Shown here: positions 10,034 through 20,021 of the stretch, one piece after another
How positions within the stretch are numbered: the first letter of the stretch is position 1
Layout: each line of letters starts with the position of its first letter
From: a virus
Taxonomy: Duplodnaviria; Caudoviricetes
Length of the DNA: 64,000 bases
Strand: one strand, 5' to 3'
IMG/VR virus record: IMGVR_UViG_3300011444_000011
Span: 1-64,000 of that record
The notes under the pieces: model-generated
What the model saw: the letters and a program-made list of their open reading frames with translations, nothing else
Databases searched by the model: none
Told to the model about the DNA's origin: nothing
Position numbers and translations under genes: made by a program

Positions 10034-12413
10034 AACCTGCGGCTTCCACGGCCCCATTGTTATCATACAATGGGCAGAGGATGACGGGCCGATCAACATT
10101 CACGAAGTCTGGCGCAGCCCGATTTCGGAGACGTTGCAACTTATCGAGAAGCTCTGTGAGAATGATGTATGCGGATTCAATCTGGCGTTCGACTGGTTTC
10201 ACATAGTCCAGACGTACACCACTCTCACCGAATTTGTCAACCGGGGTGGCGACCCGGAATCGCTGCCTGAAGATCACATTGAGGAAATGGCTGTCTGCGA
10301 AGAAGCAGCCCGTGACCTCGATCTAACGGTGAAACCGAAGCGTGCCCTTGACCTGATGCTGCTGGCCCGACGCGGGAAGTACCAGACGCTGATGGGTCGT
10401 GCTGATATTAAAATCAAAAACATCCCGTCGGTTCTGGCTGACCCGTTGCGACAGCAGCTTGAGAAACGTATCCAGATCGACGACATTTTCTTCGCGGGCC
10501 GTAAGTCTGGCGTCCGCGATCGCTGGCAAGTGGTAGACAAGAAAAAGACGCCCGAACTCAAAGATGTCGTTTTGAAGTTCAAGGCATCCGGTGCATTGAA
10601 GAATCTAGCCCAGCACGCCTTAAAGGTGGACAAGAGCAAGATTCTCCGAATGACTGATGTTAGTATCGACAAAGCGTTCTATCCGATTGAGTACGGCTTT
10701 GCCCCGTTTGCATTGGCCATTAGCTCCGCTTCGAGGGGCTGGCGGGGTAAGATCAAACGTAAGGGACAAATCGTCGAAGGGAAGTGCTGGCCCGGCGTCA
10801 TCAAGTACCATATCAGCCATTGGGCCTTCAACCAGATGGCTCGGCAATATGGTCTTGACGACGTTGTCTACACGCGGTCGCTTCACAAGTTCTTCGATAG
10901 TCCCGAAGCAGGTGACGATGATTCAGAATTGGCGTGTTGCGTTGGTTGCGTGCGATGGCGAGGCTACAAGGTCAACCTTGAAGGTATCAAGGAAGAACGG
11001 GCCAAGTCGTTAGAGAAGCTGAAAAAGATACCAACATCAAGTGCGGCCTCGTTGAAGTATATCACCGAGACGATGTCGCAATTGGATAAGGTCGGCTTCG
11101 GCACGTTGACCGGCAAGACAATCTTGCAGAAGATGGTTCAGGACGAACTGTGGCATTGCGACTGCACGGCTGAAACCAAGAAGGCCGATCCCGCGTGTAC
11201 TTGCTGCAATGGTGTCGGACTCCTGATTCCGGCGCAGCGGGCGAATGAGGTTCTTGAAGCACGGTTCGCAAAGAAGGAAATCGAACTGTATGACAAAATC
11301 CTTATCGCTGGTCGTCTTCATGCTAGTTTCATCGTTATTGGCGCTTTGTCAAGTCGTATGTCTGGTGCTGATGGTCTTAACGCGCAAGGGATCAAACGCA
11401 CGAAGAATGTCCGAAGAAACTTCGAATTTGCTTATGATGGTTTTGACCTTCTGGGTGGTGACTTCGATGCTTTTGAAGTTGTTCTAGCCGACGCAGCGTA
11501 TGACGGTGCTTTGCGTGAAGACCTGACGACGCTGTATCCGTGCTACAACTGTCAGGCAACGGGCATCGACAGCAAGGGCAAAGTCTGCGAGGATTGCAAC
11601 GGAACCAAAGAAGCTCCGAAGAAAATCCACGGCCTCTTTGCAATGGAGATGTACGACAAGACATACGAAGAAGTCATGGCGACGAAGGGCCGCACGCCCG
11701 ATCTTTATAGTCTCGGCAAGAACGGTGTGTTCACGCTGATTTACGGTGGAGACTGGGGAACCCTAGTTCGCAAGTACGGAGTTGCAGAATCAAACGCCAA
11801 GCAGGCGATGACGAAGTTCATCAACAAGCGGCCCGGCTTAAAGAAAGGCCAGCAGCAAATCGTCGATGACTTCGGCTCGATGAAGCAGCCCGGCGGTCTT
11901 GGGACGCGGGTCGTCTGGGAAGACCCAAAAGAGTATGTAGAATCATTGTTCGGCGACCGTCGGTACTTCACATTGGAGAACATGATCTCCAAGTCGCTGT
12001 TCGATTTAGCCAATAAGCCGCCGCAGTCGTGGCGTGATATTAAAATCAAAGTGGTCCGTCGGCTGGATCGTGGCCCGCAGTTCGTTGCGGGTGCGACTGC
12101 CTCGGCTCTGTATGGTGCGGCCTTCGGGATTCAGGGTAGCGTGGTGCGTGCAGCTACGAACCATGTTATCCAGTCATCCGGTGCCCGCACGACGAAACGA
12201 GTTCAGCGTAAGATATGGGACTTGCAGCCACATGGTGCGCATCCTATCCGGGTACTGCCTTGCAACATTCATGACGAAGTTCTGTGCCCAACCAAACCGC
12301 CGTACAAGGAAGCCGTCATAGCTGCCGTGTACGACACGATTGAATCTTTCCGGCCTCGCGTGCCGCTGATTAAGATGGAATTCAAGCCAATGAAAAACTG
12401 GAGCGAAAAGTGA
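10014..12413 (+). CDS. polA: Family A DNA polymerase with 3'-5' exonuclease and zinc-finger inserts
   Basis: Exo I FDTET, Exo II GFNLAFD, Exo III YGLDD, motif A GDFDAFE, motif B KNGVFTLIYG, motif C IHDE. Confidence 0.92.
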   Translation: MIYFDTETCGFHGPIVIIQWAEDDGPINIHEVWRSPISETLQLIEKLCENDVCGFNLAFDWFHIVQTYTTLTEFVNRGGDPESLPEDHIEEMAVCEEAARDLDLTVKPKRALDLMLLARRGKYQTLMGRADIKIKNIPSVLADPLRQQLEKRIQIDDIFFAGRKSGVRDRWQVVDKKKTPELKDVVLKFKASGALKNLAQHALKVDKSKILRMTDVSIDKAFYPIEYGFAPFALAISSASRGWRGKIKRKGQIVEGKCWPGVIKYHISHWAFNQMARQYGLDDVVYTRSLHKFFDSPEAGDDDSELACCVGCVRWRGYKVNLEGIKEERAKSLEKLKKIPTSSAASLKYITETMSQLDKVGFGTLTGKTILQKMVQDELWHCDCTAETKKADPACTCCNGVGLLIPAQRANEVLEARFAKKEIELYDKILIAGRLHASFIVIGALSSRMSGADGLNAQGIKRTKNVRRNFEFAYDGFDLLGGDFDAFEVVLADAAYDGALREDLTTLYPCYNCQATGIDSKGKVCEDCNGTKEAPKKIHGLFAMEMYDKTYEEVMATKGRTPDLYSLGKNGVFTLIYGGDWGTLVRKYGVAESNAKQAMTKFINKRPGLKKGQQQIVDDFGSMKQPGGLGTRVVWEDPKEYVESLFGDRRYFTLENMISKSLFDLANKPPQSWRDIKIKVVRRLDRGPQFVAGATASALYGAAFGIQGSVVRAATNHVIQSSGARTTKRVQRKIWDLQPHGAHPIRVLPCNIHDEVLCPTKPPYKEAVIAAVYDTIESFRPRVPLIKMEFKPMKNWSEK

Positions 12414-12796
12414 TTTGTCGTATATGTGGTAATGACAAATCTGCACTGGAGTTTCGATCGTACCAACGTAACGGTCTGACTTATCATTTGAAGTATTGCA
12501 GAAGTTGTGGTAAAGAAAAGGATACACGGAATAGCCACAACACGAACCCTCGAAAGACTATGCTGGCTAAATACGGCTTAGATGAAACACAGTACCTGTT
12601 GATATTAAAATCACAGCAGGGTCGTTGTGCAATCTGCCGTAGAGAACCTTGCAGCGGGGAGAACTTCGCCGTAGACCATTGCCATCAGACTCAAAAGGTT
12701 CGAGGGTTGCTCTGCATAACTTGCAATACTGCGATTGGGAGTTTGCACGATGATCCTGAACTTCTAAGGGCGGCTGCCGCCTACTTGGAGAAATAA
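12410..12796 (+). CDS. Endonuclease VII (His-Me finger) family
   Basis: YGL...QQGRCAIC...VDHCH...VRGLLCITCNTAIG...AAAYL. Confidence 0.9.
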   Translation: MICRICGNDKSALEFRSYQRNGLTYHLKYCRSCGKEKDTRNSHNTNPRKTMLAKYGLDETQYLLILKSQQGRCAICRREPCSGENFAVDHCHQTQKVRGLLCITCNTAIGSLHDDPELLRAAAAYLEK

Positions 12797-13032
12797 TGGA
12801 CGACAACGTCTACCGAGCGATGATTGAACTCTGCACCAGTATCGGTGCAGCCAAATTCAACGGCTTCACCCACAACGAAGAAGAGGCACTGCTCTACGAA
12901 CAACTCTGCCGCACGATCACCAAACAAGCGAAAATCAACGAACTCGCCATCGACGTGAGCATGGACGACATAAAGGAACAGTTTCCCGAACCCAAGCACC
13001 CTGAAGATGAAGAACCGGGAGCGCCTGTCTGA
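12796..13032 (+). CDS. Hypothetical protein
   Basis: TAATG coupling, GGAG RBS. Confidence 0.6.
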   Translation: MDDNVYRAMIELCTSIGAAKFNGFTHNEEEALLYEQLCRTITKQAKINELAIDVSMDDIKEQFPEPKHPEDEEPGAPV

Positions 13033-13262
13033 TGGTCATTGACAAGGATTACGCTGTCATATTGTACAATACGATCCGGGAGTATCACAATCGTTATCGG
13101 CATGTTGATGGGACTCAGGACCGCCCGATGCACAAGGAAGAGATGATCTTCTATATGTCGCATCTGCGATTGTGTACCAAGCACGCCAAATCGCTTGAGT
13201 TGCAACTGGATGAGCAAATCGCAGGGAGAGAGAATGCTGCCAACCCCTCTGGAAGCGGTTAG
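13032..13262 (+). CDS. Hypothetical protein
   Basis: TGATG coupling. Confidence 0.6.
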   Translation: MVIDKDYAVILYNTIREYHNRYRHVDGTQDRPMHKEEMIFYMSHLRLCTKHAKSLELQLDEQIAGRENAANPSGSG

Positions 13263-13581
13263 AGAGAAGATCAGATTCCGGTGCGGTCAACTCCGCGCCG
13301 TGCATCGGATTTCCGAAACGAAAGACTTCGCCAATGCGTTTGCTAAAGCGAATGAGGAACAACGGGCGAAACTGATACTGATATCAAATGCGAAAGATAT
13401 GCGTGTCTGGATGGCAATGGCGAACAACCAGCCTCTTGCGGCGCTTAGTTATCGTAAATTGCGGGATATGGCCAAGTCTGAAAACGTGTTCAACTACAGC
13501 AGGCTGACTCGTGACGAGATCATCGCTGCACTGGAGCAACGTCGTGCAAGAAGCGTGGAAACAAGTACAAGACCTCATTGA
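13234..13581 (+). CDS. Protein with C-terminal Rho-N-like (HeH) nucleic-acid-binding domain
   Basis: LAALSYRKLRDMAKSENVFNYSRLTRDEIIAAL. Confidence 0.6.
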   Translation: MLPTPLEAVREKIRFRCGQLRAVHRISETKDFANAFAKANEEQRAKLILISNAKDMRVWMAMANNQPLAALSYRKLRDMAKSENVFNYSRLTRDEIIAALEQRRARSVETSTRPH

Positions 13582-13987
13582 CGAACTCAAGCCGCTCTTA
13601 GCAAGAGCCGGCGTCCCGGTGCGTCAGGTCACGATGCCAGATGCAGACCCGGACGTGATTCCGTTGTCGAAGTTCAACGAAATCTTCGACTGGCTGCACA
13701 AGTTCCAATTGAGCGACGAGTGGGTCGCTGTCCTGAAAGTCTGGGCATTGGTGCCACCGCATCAATGGGCCGGTTATGATCTGCACGAATTGACTGGACT
13801 GCAAGAACAGATTCTTCTGGAAGCTGCTCTTGCCAAAGCACGCAAACGCTGGAAACTCGAACGACCCTCATTCTTTGGAAGGAAATTCCGTGCCAAAAAC
13901 GACAAAGGCGACAACGATCCCGAGTTTGAAGACCTTGAAGAAAACGCTGACCGACTCAGCCAGGAATCCGAGGATTCCGCCGTATAA
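13511..13987 (+). CDS. Hypothetical protein
   Basis: 158-aa ORF with an acidic tail, in the gene chain. Confidence 0.55.
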   Translation: MTRSSLHWSNVVQEAWKQVQDLIDELKPLLARAGVPVRQVTMPDADPDVIPLSKFNEIFDWLHKFQLSDEWVAVLKVWALVPPHQWAGYDLHELTGLQEQILLEAALAKARKRWKLERPSFFGRKFRAKNDKGDNDPEFEDLEENADRLSQESEDSAV

Positions 13988-14055
13988 CGTCATCGCCGAG
14001 ACGGCGACCGTTGACTACCTGATCCAGAACTCAGTCTTGGAGTTGCGAGGCGAAA

Positions 14056-14553
14056 ATGCCAAAACCGTCCAGTCCCTCGAATCAGTTATCAGCAATCTTG
14101 GCCTCGCCCTCTGCCGGCTTAAAGCTGACCAACGAGACAATAGCTAAGTACGGACTCGAACCGACCTTTCGTGGGACGGTCGAGAATCCGACGGTTACTG
14201 TCAAAGGGAACAGTCATCCTTGCGGGGACGAGATTGAGTTTCAAATCTTATTCAAGATGGGCAAGTTTCAGCCCTACATCGCCGACATTGCCCACAACGG
14301 GCACGCTTGTTGCTTAACGACAGCGGTCGCCGACGTACTGTGCTGGAACCTTGTCGATCGCGGCCTGGACCGTTTGATATCAATATCAAGAAGCGATGTG
14401 ATTGATCCGGGTCTCGAAGTTAAGACGAACCGGGAAGGCTGCATCCGACTTCCGCTTGATCTGATAAGGCAACTGTATGAAAACGCCAAAGCTCTACGAC
14501 CAGAAGGGACCGGAGTGGACAATCCAGCAAAACTTAATCAAGTTCATGATTGA
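14056..14553 (+). CDS. IscU/SufU (NifU-N)-like Fe-S scaffold protein
   Basis: GNSHPCGDEI, GHACCLTTA and REGCIRL match the three conserved Cys motifs. Confidence 0.7.
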   Translation: MPKPSSPSNQLSAILASPSAGLKLTNETIAKYGLEPTFRGTVENPTVTVKGNSHPCGDEIEFQILFKMGKFQPYIADIAHNGHACCLTTAVADVLCWNLVDRGLDRLISISRSDVIDPGLEVKTNREGCIRLPLDLIRQLYENAKALRPEGTGVDNPAKLNQVHD

Positions 14554-14821
14554 ACGTGGTTGGTTTGTCAAGGTCATCCACGGAAGTGTGTTCCAGTCCG
14601 GCCTTCCTGATCTGTTCGCTTGCCAGCGTAAGTATGGTTCGCGTTGGATCGAAGTCAAGAATCCGTTATCGTATAAGTTCCAGCCGACGCAATTGGAAGT
14701 CTTCCCACGGATGATGTCCGAGGGCGTCGGCGTCTGGGTGCTGGTTGCAGCGACCCAGGTCGAGTACGACAAACTATTCAAACCCCCTAACTGGTGGCAG
14801 TATCTGCCAATTGCAAAATGA
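14477..14821 (+). CDS. VRR-NUC domain nuclease (putative resolvase)
   Basis: EWTIQ...GLPDL...WIEVK...Q. Confidence 0.8.
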   Translation: MKTPKLYDQKGPEWTIQQNLIKFMIERGWFVKVIHGSVFQSGLPDLFACQRKYGSRWIEVKNPLSYKFQPTQLEVFPRMMSEGVGVWVLVAATQVEYDKLFKPPNWWQYLPIAK

Positions 14822-15000
14822 CAAGATCAACCCACACCTATGTCGTGCTGAAAATCAGCCCGGCGGCTTACAACGAAATCAGCGAAGCGTTGCGTGCCGC
14901 CGGCTACGATCAAGCGTTCATGGATGACCCGCATCGGGACTCCGATGTTCCCTTGATCGACATGCACGGCATCGCGCTTGACAAGAAAGGTCACGACTGA
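14818..15000 (+). CDS. Hypothetical protein
   Basis: ATGA coupling. Confidence 0.55.
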   Translation: MTRSTHTYVVLKISPAAYNEISEALRAAGYDQAFMDDPHRDSDVPLIDMHGIALDKKGHD

Positions 15001-15200
15001 TGCCGCTCCTCTTCATCGACGAGTTTGGCAACCAGACGCAGCAGAAAGAAATCACCGAGACGGATATCGAGGCTGCCGAAGACGGTTGCCTCGATATCTT
15101 CCGTCTCAATGGTGATCGCTTTCAGATGCTCATTCACCAAAACGAATGGGTTGATATTCAAGACGGCCCTGCTGCCACGGAGCCACCATGCCCTACATAA
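15000..15200 (+). CDS. Hypothetical protein
   Basis: TGATG coupling. Confidence 0.55.
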   Translation: MPLLFIDEFGNQTQQKEITETDIEAAEDGCLDIFRLNGDRFQMLIHQNEWVDIQDGPAATEPPCPT

Positions 15201-15505
15201 AATCCGAGGCCCGACGTTACTTTGATTCTGATATCCATTCGGTGTCCCTGAAGCTGCGAGAAGAACGGCATCGGGACACGTCGTCCGTTGATGGCAATTG
15301 CAATTATGTCATCAGCCGGATTGTGGCATCCGCCTTCGGACCACAACTGGCCGGTGAGAAGTGGCGATACTGGATGATTGCCAGAGCGATGGGTTGCTTC
15401 ATCTGTGCGGCCCTTGAGTTCTATCGGCGGGTTGGTGCCTGCCGTGAGGATGACGTAATCACCGAAAATGGTGACATTCCCGAATACGAAAGACCCAAAC
15501 AATGA
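15188..15505 (+). CDS. Conserved phage protein (MPYI...NY...EFYRR...NGD type)
   Basis: Pattern recalled from phage nucleotide-metabolism loci. Confidence 0.6.
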   Translation: MPYIKSEARRYFDSDIHSVSLKLREERHRDTSSVDGNCNYVISRIVASAFGPQLAGEKWRYWMIARAMGCFICAALEFYRRVGACREDDVITENGDIPEYERPKQ

Positions 15506-15972
15506 GCGACCGTATCTATCTTGCTGGACCCATCACTGGCCTCAAACATGCCGACACTATCGGCTGGCGTCAGAAGTTCACAGCCCTGCTTGCCGGGACT
15601 GCGATTCAATGCTTCTCGCCGATGCGCGGGAAAGACCACTTGAAACTGCTCGACAAGATCGAGGGATCATATCCCGATAATATCCTGTCGCGGTCGCGGG
15701 CGATCATGACCCGCGATCACTTCGACTGCACGCGGGCGACAATCGTCGTCGCCAATTTGCTACGCGAATACATGCCGGAGAACGGCCTGCCGTCGCTGGG
15801 CACTGTCATGGAAATCGGCTGGGCCTTCATGGGCCGTGTGCCGCTCATCGCCATCATCGACGAGAAGGATTCGCCTTACGACCACCCGATGATTAACGAA
15901 GCCATCGGGTTCCGAGTCACCACTCTCGAACAGGCTGCCGAGACGGCCAAGATGATCCTGTATCCGGTCTGA
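15502..15972 (+). CDS. Nucleoside 2-deoxyribosyltransferase / nucleotide N-hydrolase family
   Basis: IYLAGPI...RD...SLGTVMEIGWA...VP. Confidence 0.82.
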   Translation: MSDRIYLAGPITGLKHADTIGWRQKFTALLAGTAIQCFSPMRGKDHLKLLDKIEGSYPDNILSRSRAIMTRDHFDCTRATIVVANLLREYMPENGLPSLGTVMEIGWAFMGRVPLIAIIDEKDSPYDHPMINEAIGFRVTTLEQAAETAKMILYPV

Positions 15973-16041
15973 TGATATTCAAAATCATTGTGACCATCTT
16001 TTCGATATGGCTGTTTCTAGGTCTTACCTTTGGAGAACCGA

Positions 16042-16326
16042 ATGTCAAACGCGGGAAGTGTCGAGAAAACTGGTTCATCTTCTGGTTCTGATCTTGCCAG
16101 CCGGATGATTGATGAAGCCCTTGCTTGGGGTCATCGGCAACGCCGAATCAAGGAAGGCAATAAGCAGGCAGCACGCGAGCATGAGGCCGATCTTCGGAAC
16201 GGCCAGCACAAAATCCGACTGCTTATGGCCCTGCGTTCGGGGTATGAGAAGCGGGTTACGGATGATGCAATCGACGCACTTGCTGCCGTCGAATCCCAGG
16301 TCGCCGCCAATGGCATCTGGAACTGA
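16042..16326 (+). CDS. Hypothetical protein
   Basis: GGAG RBS. Confidence 0.55.
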   Translation: MSNAGSVEKTGSSSGSDLASRMIDEALAWGHRQRRIKEGNKQAAREHEADLRNGQHKIRLLMALRSGYEKRVTDDAIDALAAVESQVAANGIWN

Positions 16327-16409
16327 TAGGTTCCTGTGATTGAGGCCGGGCGCTCCCTTTCCAGCCCCGGCCTCTCACGGCTTTTGATACCAGTATCAAC
16401 GGAGCAACC

Positions 16410-16619
16410 ATGTTCAAATTCATGTTTCAGACTGCTCAACTTCTGATCGGTATGGCGATCCTCGGGGTCGCTGCGTGGTTCGGTGTAGAGTATCTTGTGT
16501 ACGGACTCCGTTGGGCTGCCATCTACAGTGCGATCTACCCGGACTACTTCCAGTACGGCGGAACGCTGCTGACCTTCGCCGCCCTGCTCAATCTCGTTGC
16601 CCAGAAGAGTAAGATATGA
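16410..16619 (+). CDS. Small membrane protein (2 TM)
   Basis: Two hydrophobic stretches. A palindrome site and GGAG lie directly upstream. Confidence 0.6.
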   Translation: MFKFMFQTAQLLIGMAILGVAAWFGVEYLVYGLRWAAIYSAIYPDYFQYGGTLLTFAALLNLVAQKSKI

Positions 16620-16733
16620 GCAAATTCGTACTGTGGATCGCGGGTGCTATCGTGGGTTACAGTTGGGCCTACGAAGACCCAAAAGAAATTGGCCTCGGCC
16701 TGCTCCTGACGCTTGCTGTGACGGGAGGTTGCC

Positions 16734-17240
16734 GTGCGGTTAATCGAAAGCCCAAATAAGTTCTCCTGCCTACCTTGTTCGTTTGCAATGGTACTTGAGA
16801 TCAGCCTTAGCGAAATGTTGGGAAGGATCGGACATAACGGCGATGAGATCATTTGGCCTCACTTACCGGAACCTCAGCGACGGCGTGCATTCCACATACA
16901 GGAATGCGCGGCCGTCGCTTTTTCGTTAGGCTTCGGTGTCATGGAATTCCAGTTTGGGCCTACGTTGACGCCTGACGGGAAATCCGTGTATGACGTGCCA
17001 GTGAATGTCAATATCCGAGAATTGATGTCAGTATCAAATGGCGTGCTCATGGGTCGCGGACGCCAACATGGACACGCTGTCGGTTGGGATGGGAAGCACG
17101 TTCACGACCCGCTAGGCATCATTTATGATATTGAAAATCAAAACCTATTTGCCCCTTTCAGTTATTTCCTAATATCAAATCAATTTTCGCACTTCGGATT
17201 TGCAAAATCTCCAGTATCAAATCAAAATGAAAAATCTTGA
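16734..17240 (+). CDS. Papain-like (C39-like) cysteine peptidase
   Basis: SCLPCSFAMV (Cys), GHAVGWDG (His), HDP (Asp). Confidence 0.55.
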   Translation: MRLIESPNKFSCLPCSFAMVLEISLSEMLGRIGHNGDEIIWPHLPEPQRRRAFHIQECAAVAFSLGFGVMEFQFGPTLTPDGKSVYDVPVNVNIRELMSVSNGVLMGRGRQHGHAVGWDGKHVHDPLGIIYDIENQNLFAPFSYFLISNQFSHFGFAKSPVSNQNEKS

Positions 17241-17710
17241 AAATCTTTTTGGAATACCTCTTGTATTAGCGCGTCGCGCTTGACCGCGTGTTGACCTGTC
17301 GAATATACTGGTAGATGATCGGAAAGCGCCGCGCGCATTCGATCAGCCCGACCGTCGGCCCGACCTGCCCTATACCTCATATATGGGCGCAATCGGCCCG
17401 ACGGAACGGCCAGACGGAACGGCCAATTTACAACGAATGTAGATGCGTTGATACGTCGGCCAATTTGATTTGATATTGGCAATTTGATTGATACTGGTAT
17501 CAGAATGATACTGCTATCAAGACTCTGATTTCCGCATCAGCCCGATAAGCAGAGCGAACGCAAGAAGCGCGACGCCTCGGGATTGTGGCGGAACCCCACA
17601 AGTATGTATATTCGCCGCAACCGGCGTTTTTCCCGCATGGATCGTTTCCATTCCACTTTTCAAGAAAGCGAGGTTTGATACCAATATCAATTTGTTGATA
17701 TGATGGATCG
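17241..17710 (+). promoter_or_regulatory. Regulatory intergenic region
   Basis: TTGACC-18-TATACT near 17280, ACGGAACGGCCA x2, palindrome sites at 17488, 17505 (variant) and 17675, and an AATTTGATTTGATAT element. Confidence 0.5.
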
Positions 17711-17921
17711 TTGAGCCATGAAACATTTATGGGCGTTTCAATGCCAAGACATTCCGACATTCAGCAAGCGAGGAAAGAAACGACGTGCCGTAGACCATCG
17801 GCGGTCACGTCGAGTGAGAGAGAAGAACAACCGAGTGGCAAATACACACGATGCCACGGTTGCGGTGGATTAGTTATCAAACCCTGTCTTCTTTGTAGAC
17901 TGATAGCAATGGAGTCCTAAT

Positions 17922-18149
17922 ATGACCATCGACATGAAAGCGAAACTCGAAGGGGTTGCAATATCAAAGGCGAACTCATTCCGCCCGCATCATCCTGAAA
18001 AGCAACGCAAGAGTCGTAGGCGATATGGACAGAAGCAGGGGAACCTTCCGAAGAACAAAAAGACTTTGAAGTTTGCCCCGCCAGAAGCTCCTGTAGTCCC
18101 TGACTTCATGAGGGAGATTCTTGCGAGATACGTTAGTACGCCTTTCTGA
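17922..18149 (+). CDS. Small basic hypothetical protein
   Basis: GGAG RBS, K/R-rich. Confidence 0.5.
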   Translation: MTIDMKAKLEGVAISKANSFRPHHPEKQRKSRRRYGQKQGNLPKNKKTLKFAPPEAPVVPDFMREILARYVSTPF

Positions 18150-18756
18150 AGAACGAATTGCGATACTGATATCAAAGTTGCCTGACAAGGAAGCCAGGGA
18201 TGAACTGGTCGTCGGGCATTTGAGACTTGGAAAGTATTTAGTGGGCCGCGTCCGCCGACAATACGGCGGTGACTCGGGCGATTTGCTGGGTGCTGCGACA
18301 CTGACGCTCATTAAGTGCGTCGATCGTCTGGCTTCCGGGGATAAGGTGTTAAGTGATGGCAATATCAGTCGGTGGCTAACGATTGAAATGATTGGTGCAA
18401 TGCGGGCAGAAATATGCAACAGTGCATTAGTCAGAATACCGAAAGCTACCTTGCTCCGGCACGTTGCCGCGGGCTCCCGAATGGGAATGACTCGCCTTGA
18501 CTTAACGGATGCCGTACTAGGTTCGGTGTCTAACCCGAAGCGATACGAGGATCAAGACCGTGCAGAAATGGAACGTCTTGATAGGGTCAAAAGCATTCTT
18601 AAAACCGATCTGGAGCACAAGGTCTTTGATCTGAGATATCAAGGTCTGAGTGATACAGAAATTGGCGATTTGATTGGAATGAATCCTCGATCTGTTTTTC
18701 GCATCCGCGAAGACATTGGCAAACGCTTTATGGAGAGTGAGAATAATGGTGAATAG
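18121..18756 (+). CDS. Sigma-70-family RNA polymerase sigma factor (phage)
   Basis: Region 2 ARDELVVGHLRL...DLLGAATLTLIKCVDR, LVRIP, and region 4 EHKVFDLRYQGLSDTEIGDLIGMNPRSV. Confidence 0.78.
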   Translation: MRDTLVRLSEERIAILISKLPDKEARDELVVGHLRLGKYLVGRVRRQYGGDSGDLLGAATLTLIKCVDRLASGDKVLSDGNISRWLTIEMIGAMRAEICNSALVRIPKATLLRHVAAGSRMGMTRLDLTDAVLGSVSNPKRYEDQDRAEMERLDRVKSILKTDLEHKVFDLRYQGLSDTEIGDLIGMNPRSVFRIREDIGKRFMESENNGE

Positions 18757-19234
18757 CGCTATGACAGCGAAAACTCCGGCTACGAAGGTCGGTTCCCTCA
18801 AAGGTGGACGTTCGGAAGTGATTGACGAATGGACGGCGAAGTACAATGAATATCTCAACAATCCCCCGCAGCCCGGCACAATTCTGCGTGCTTTCGGCGA
18901 CAACGAGATGGCCAGGATTGATGTTGATATCGAACAGGGCAAACCGCCCTTCTTGTACGGCCGGGCATACGTCCCGTGCATTGTCGGAAGTCCTCTCGGT
19001 TGGTATCTCCAGTCGAAGGATAACACTTCAGCGTATGGTTGGAAGTGCATTCTTCTGCCGAAAGCAAGGGAAGAAGCGATTCGCAGGTTGGGCTTGTCTC
19101 AGCCGGTGATGACAGTCTTCGCTCTGAAAGTCGTTCGTATGTCTCAGTCAGGCAACAGTTTGCTCTGCGAGATTTGCGAGTTCAATCCGCCGCAGGTTCC
19201 GCCTGTACAACCAACAGAAACGGCAGCGGCATAA
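18746..19234 (+). CDS. Hypothetical protein
   Basis: GGAG RBS, in the gene chain. Confidence 0.6.
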   Translation: MVNSAMTAKTPATKVGSLKGGRSEVIDEWTAKYNEYLNNPPQPGTILRAFGDNEMARIDVDIEQGKPPFLYGRAYVPCIVGSPLGWYLQSKDNTSAYGWKCILLPKAREEAIRRLGLSQPVMTVFALKVVRMSQSGNSLLCEICEFNPPQVPPVQPTETAAA

Positions 19235-19485
19235 TGTCCTTATTCGATCGCGTCGAGTTTGATGATCTTGTCCCGGATGAAGAAAGGGGATTTGATGACC
19301 GGAAGCTGCCCGCCATGATATCGAGTATCAGAATGCAACGCTGCGTCTGCAACCCGATTCAGGTTCGTGAGATTGTGGGCACTACCAAGTACAGAGTTGC
19401 CGATGGTATGCTCCGCTACACGGCCCTATCACGGCTTCCGTTCAGTCATCCTGCTCGATTGTCGATTCCAGTCGAGATTCTCTAG
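19234..19485 (+). CDS. Stand-alone short ParB-N-like domain (83 aa)
   Basis: MISSIRMQRCVCNPIQVR...YRVADGMLRYTAL...IPVEIL, with TAATG coupling. Confidence 0.65.
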   Translation: MSLFDRVEFDDLVPDEERGFDDRKLPAMISSIRMQRCVCNPIQVREIVGTTKYRVADGMLRYTALSRLPFSHPARLSIPVEIL

Positions 19486-19586
19486 TCCTGGCAACAGGCT
19501 AGAGAATCTCTTTTGAAAGGTGGTGTTAATGCAGCAATCTTAGGTTTGTTTGATTTTTGATTCCAATATCACTTTTGGAGATTACG

Positions 19587-20003
19587 ATGCGTAAACGCAA
19601 CATGCAACTCGGTGCAACAATCCGAGAGTATCTCACGAATCACCCAGAAGCTACGACTGAAGAAGTCATGGCCGCGACGGGTGCCAAAGTCAAACAACAG
19701 GTCTACCAGCAAAAGACCTACATGAAGCTGAACAACAAGGTTCGGCGAACAACGTCGCGTATGACGGAGTCGCAGCGACCTGCGATTGCCGCCGCGAATG
19801 GTGTCCCCGATCCGGTGAACATGGAAGTATCGCTGCCGGCGGCTGGACTCCGCCTCAAGCTCAAGGAAGGCAAGAAGATGGTGGGAACCCTGGGTATTTC
19901 GCACCAGGGCATTCGTTTCACGCCGGCAAACGGAAAGAAGATGCCGGCCAATCAAATGCCGTGGCGGGTGCTGAAAGCCCTGTCAGGCATCGAGGTCGGC
20001 TAG
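19587..20003 (+). CDS. Basic hypothetical protein, possible N-terminal HTH
   Basis: IREYLTNHPEATTEEVMAATG; GGAG RBS. Confidence 0.55.
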   Translation: MRKRNMQLGATIREYLTNHPEATTEEVMAATGAKVKQQVYQQKTYMKLNNKVRRTTSRMTESQRPAIAAANGVPDPVNMEVSLPAAGLRLKLKEGKKMVGTLGISHQGIRFTPANGKKMPANQMPWRVLKALSGIEVG

Positions 20004-20021
20004 TCGTAACAACAGTCCTCT

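Noticed and set aside
10014-12796. Intron or intein in polA associated with the endonuclease
   Set aside because: PolA is continuous through motif C with no intein terminal signatures, and the endonuclease VII gene is free-standing downstream.
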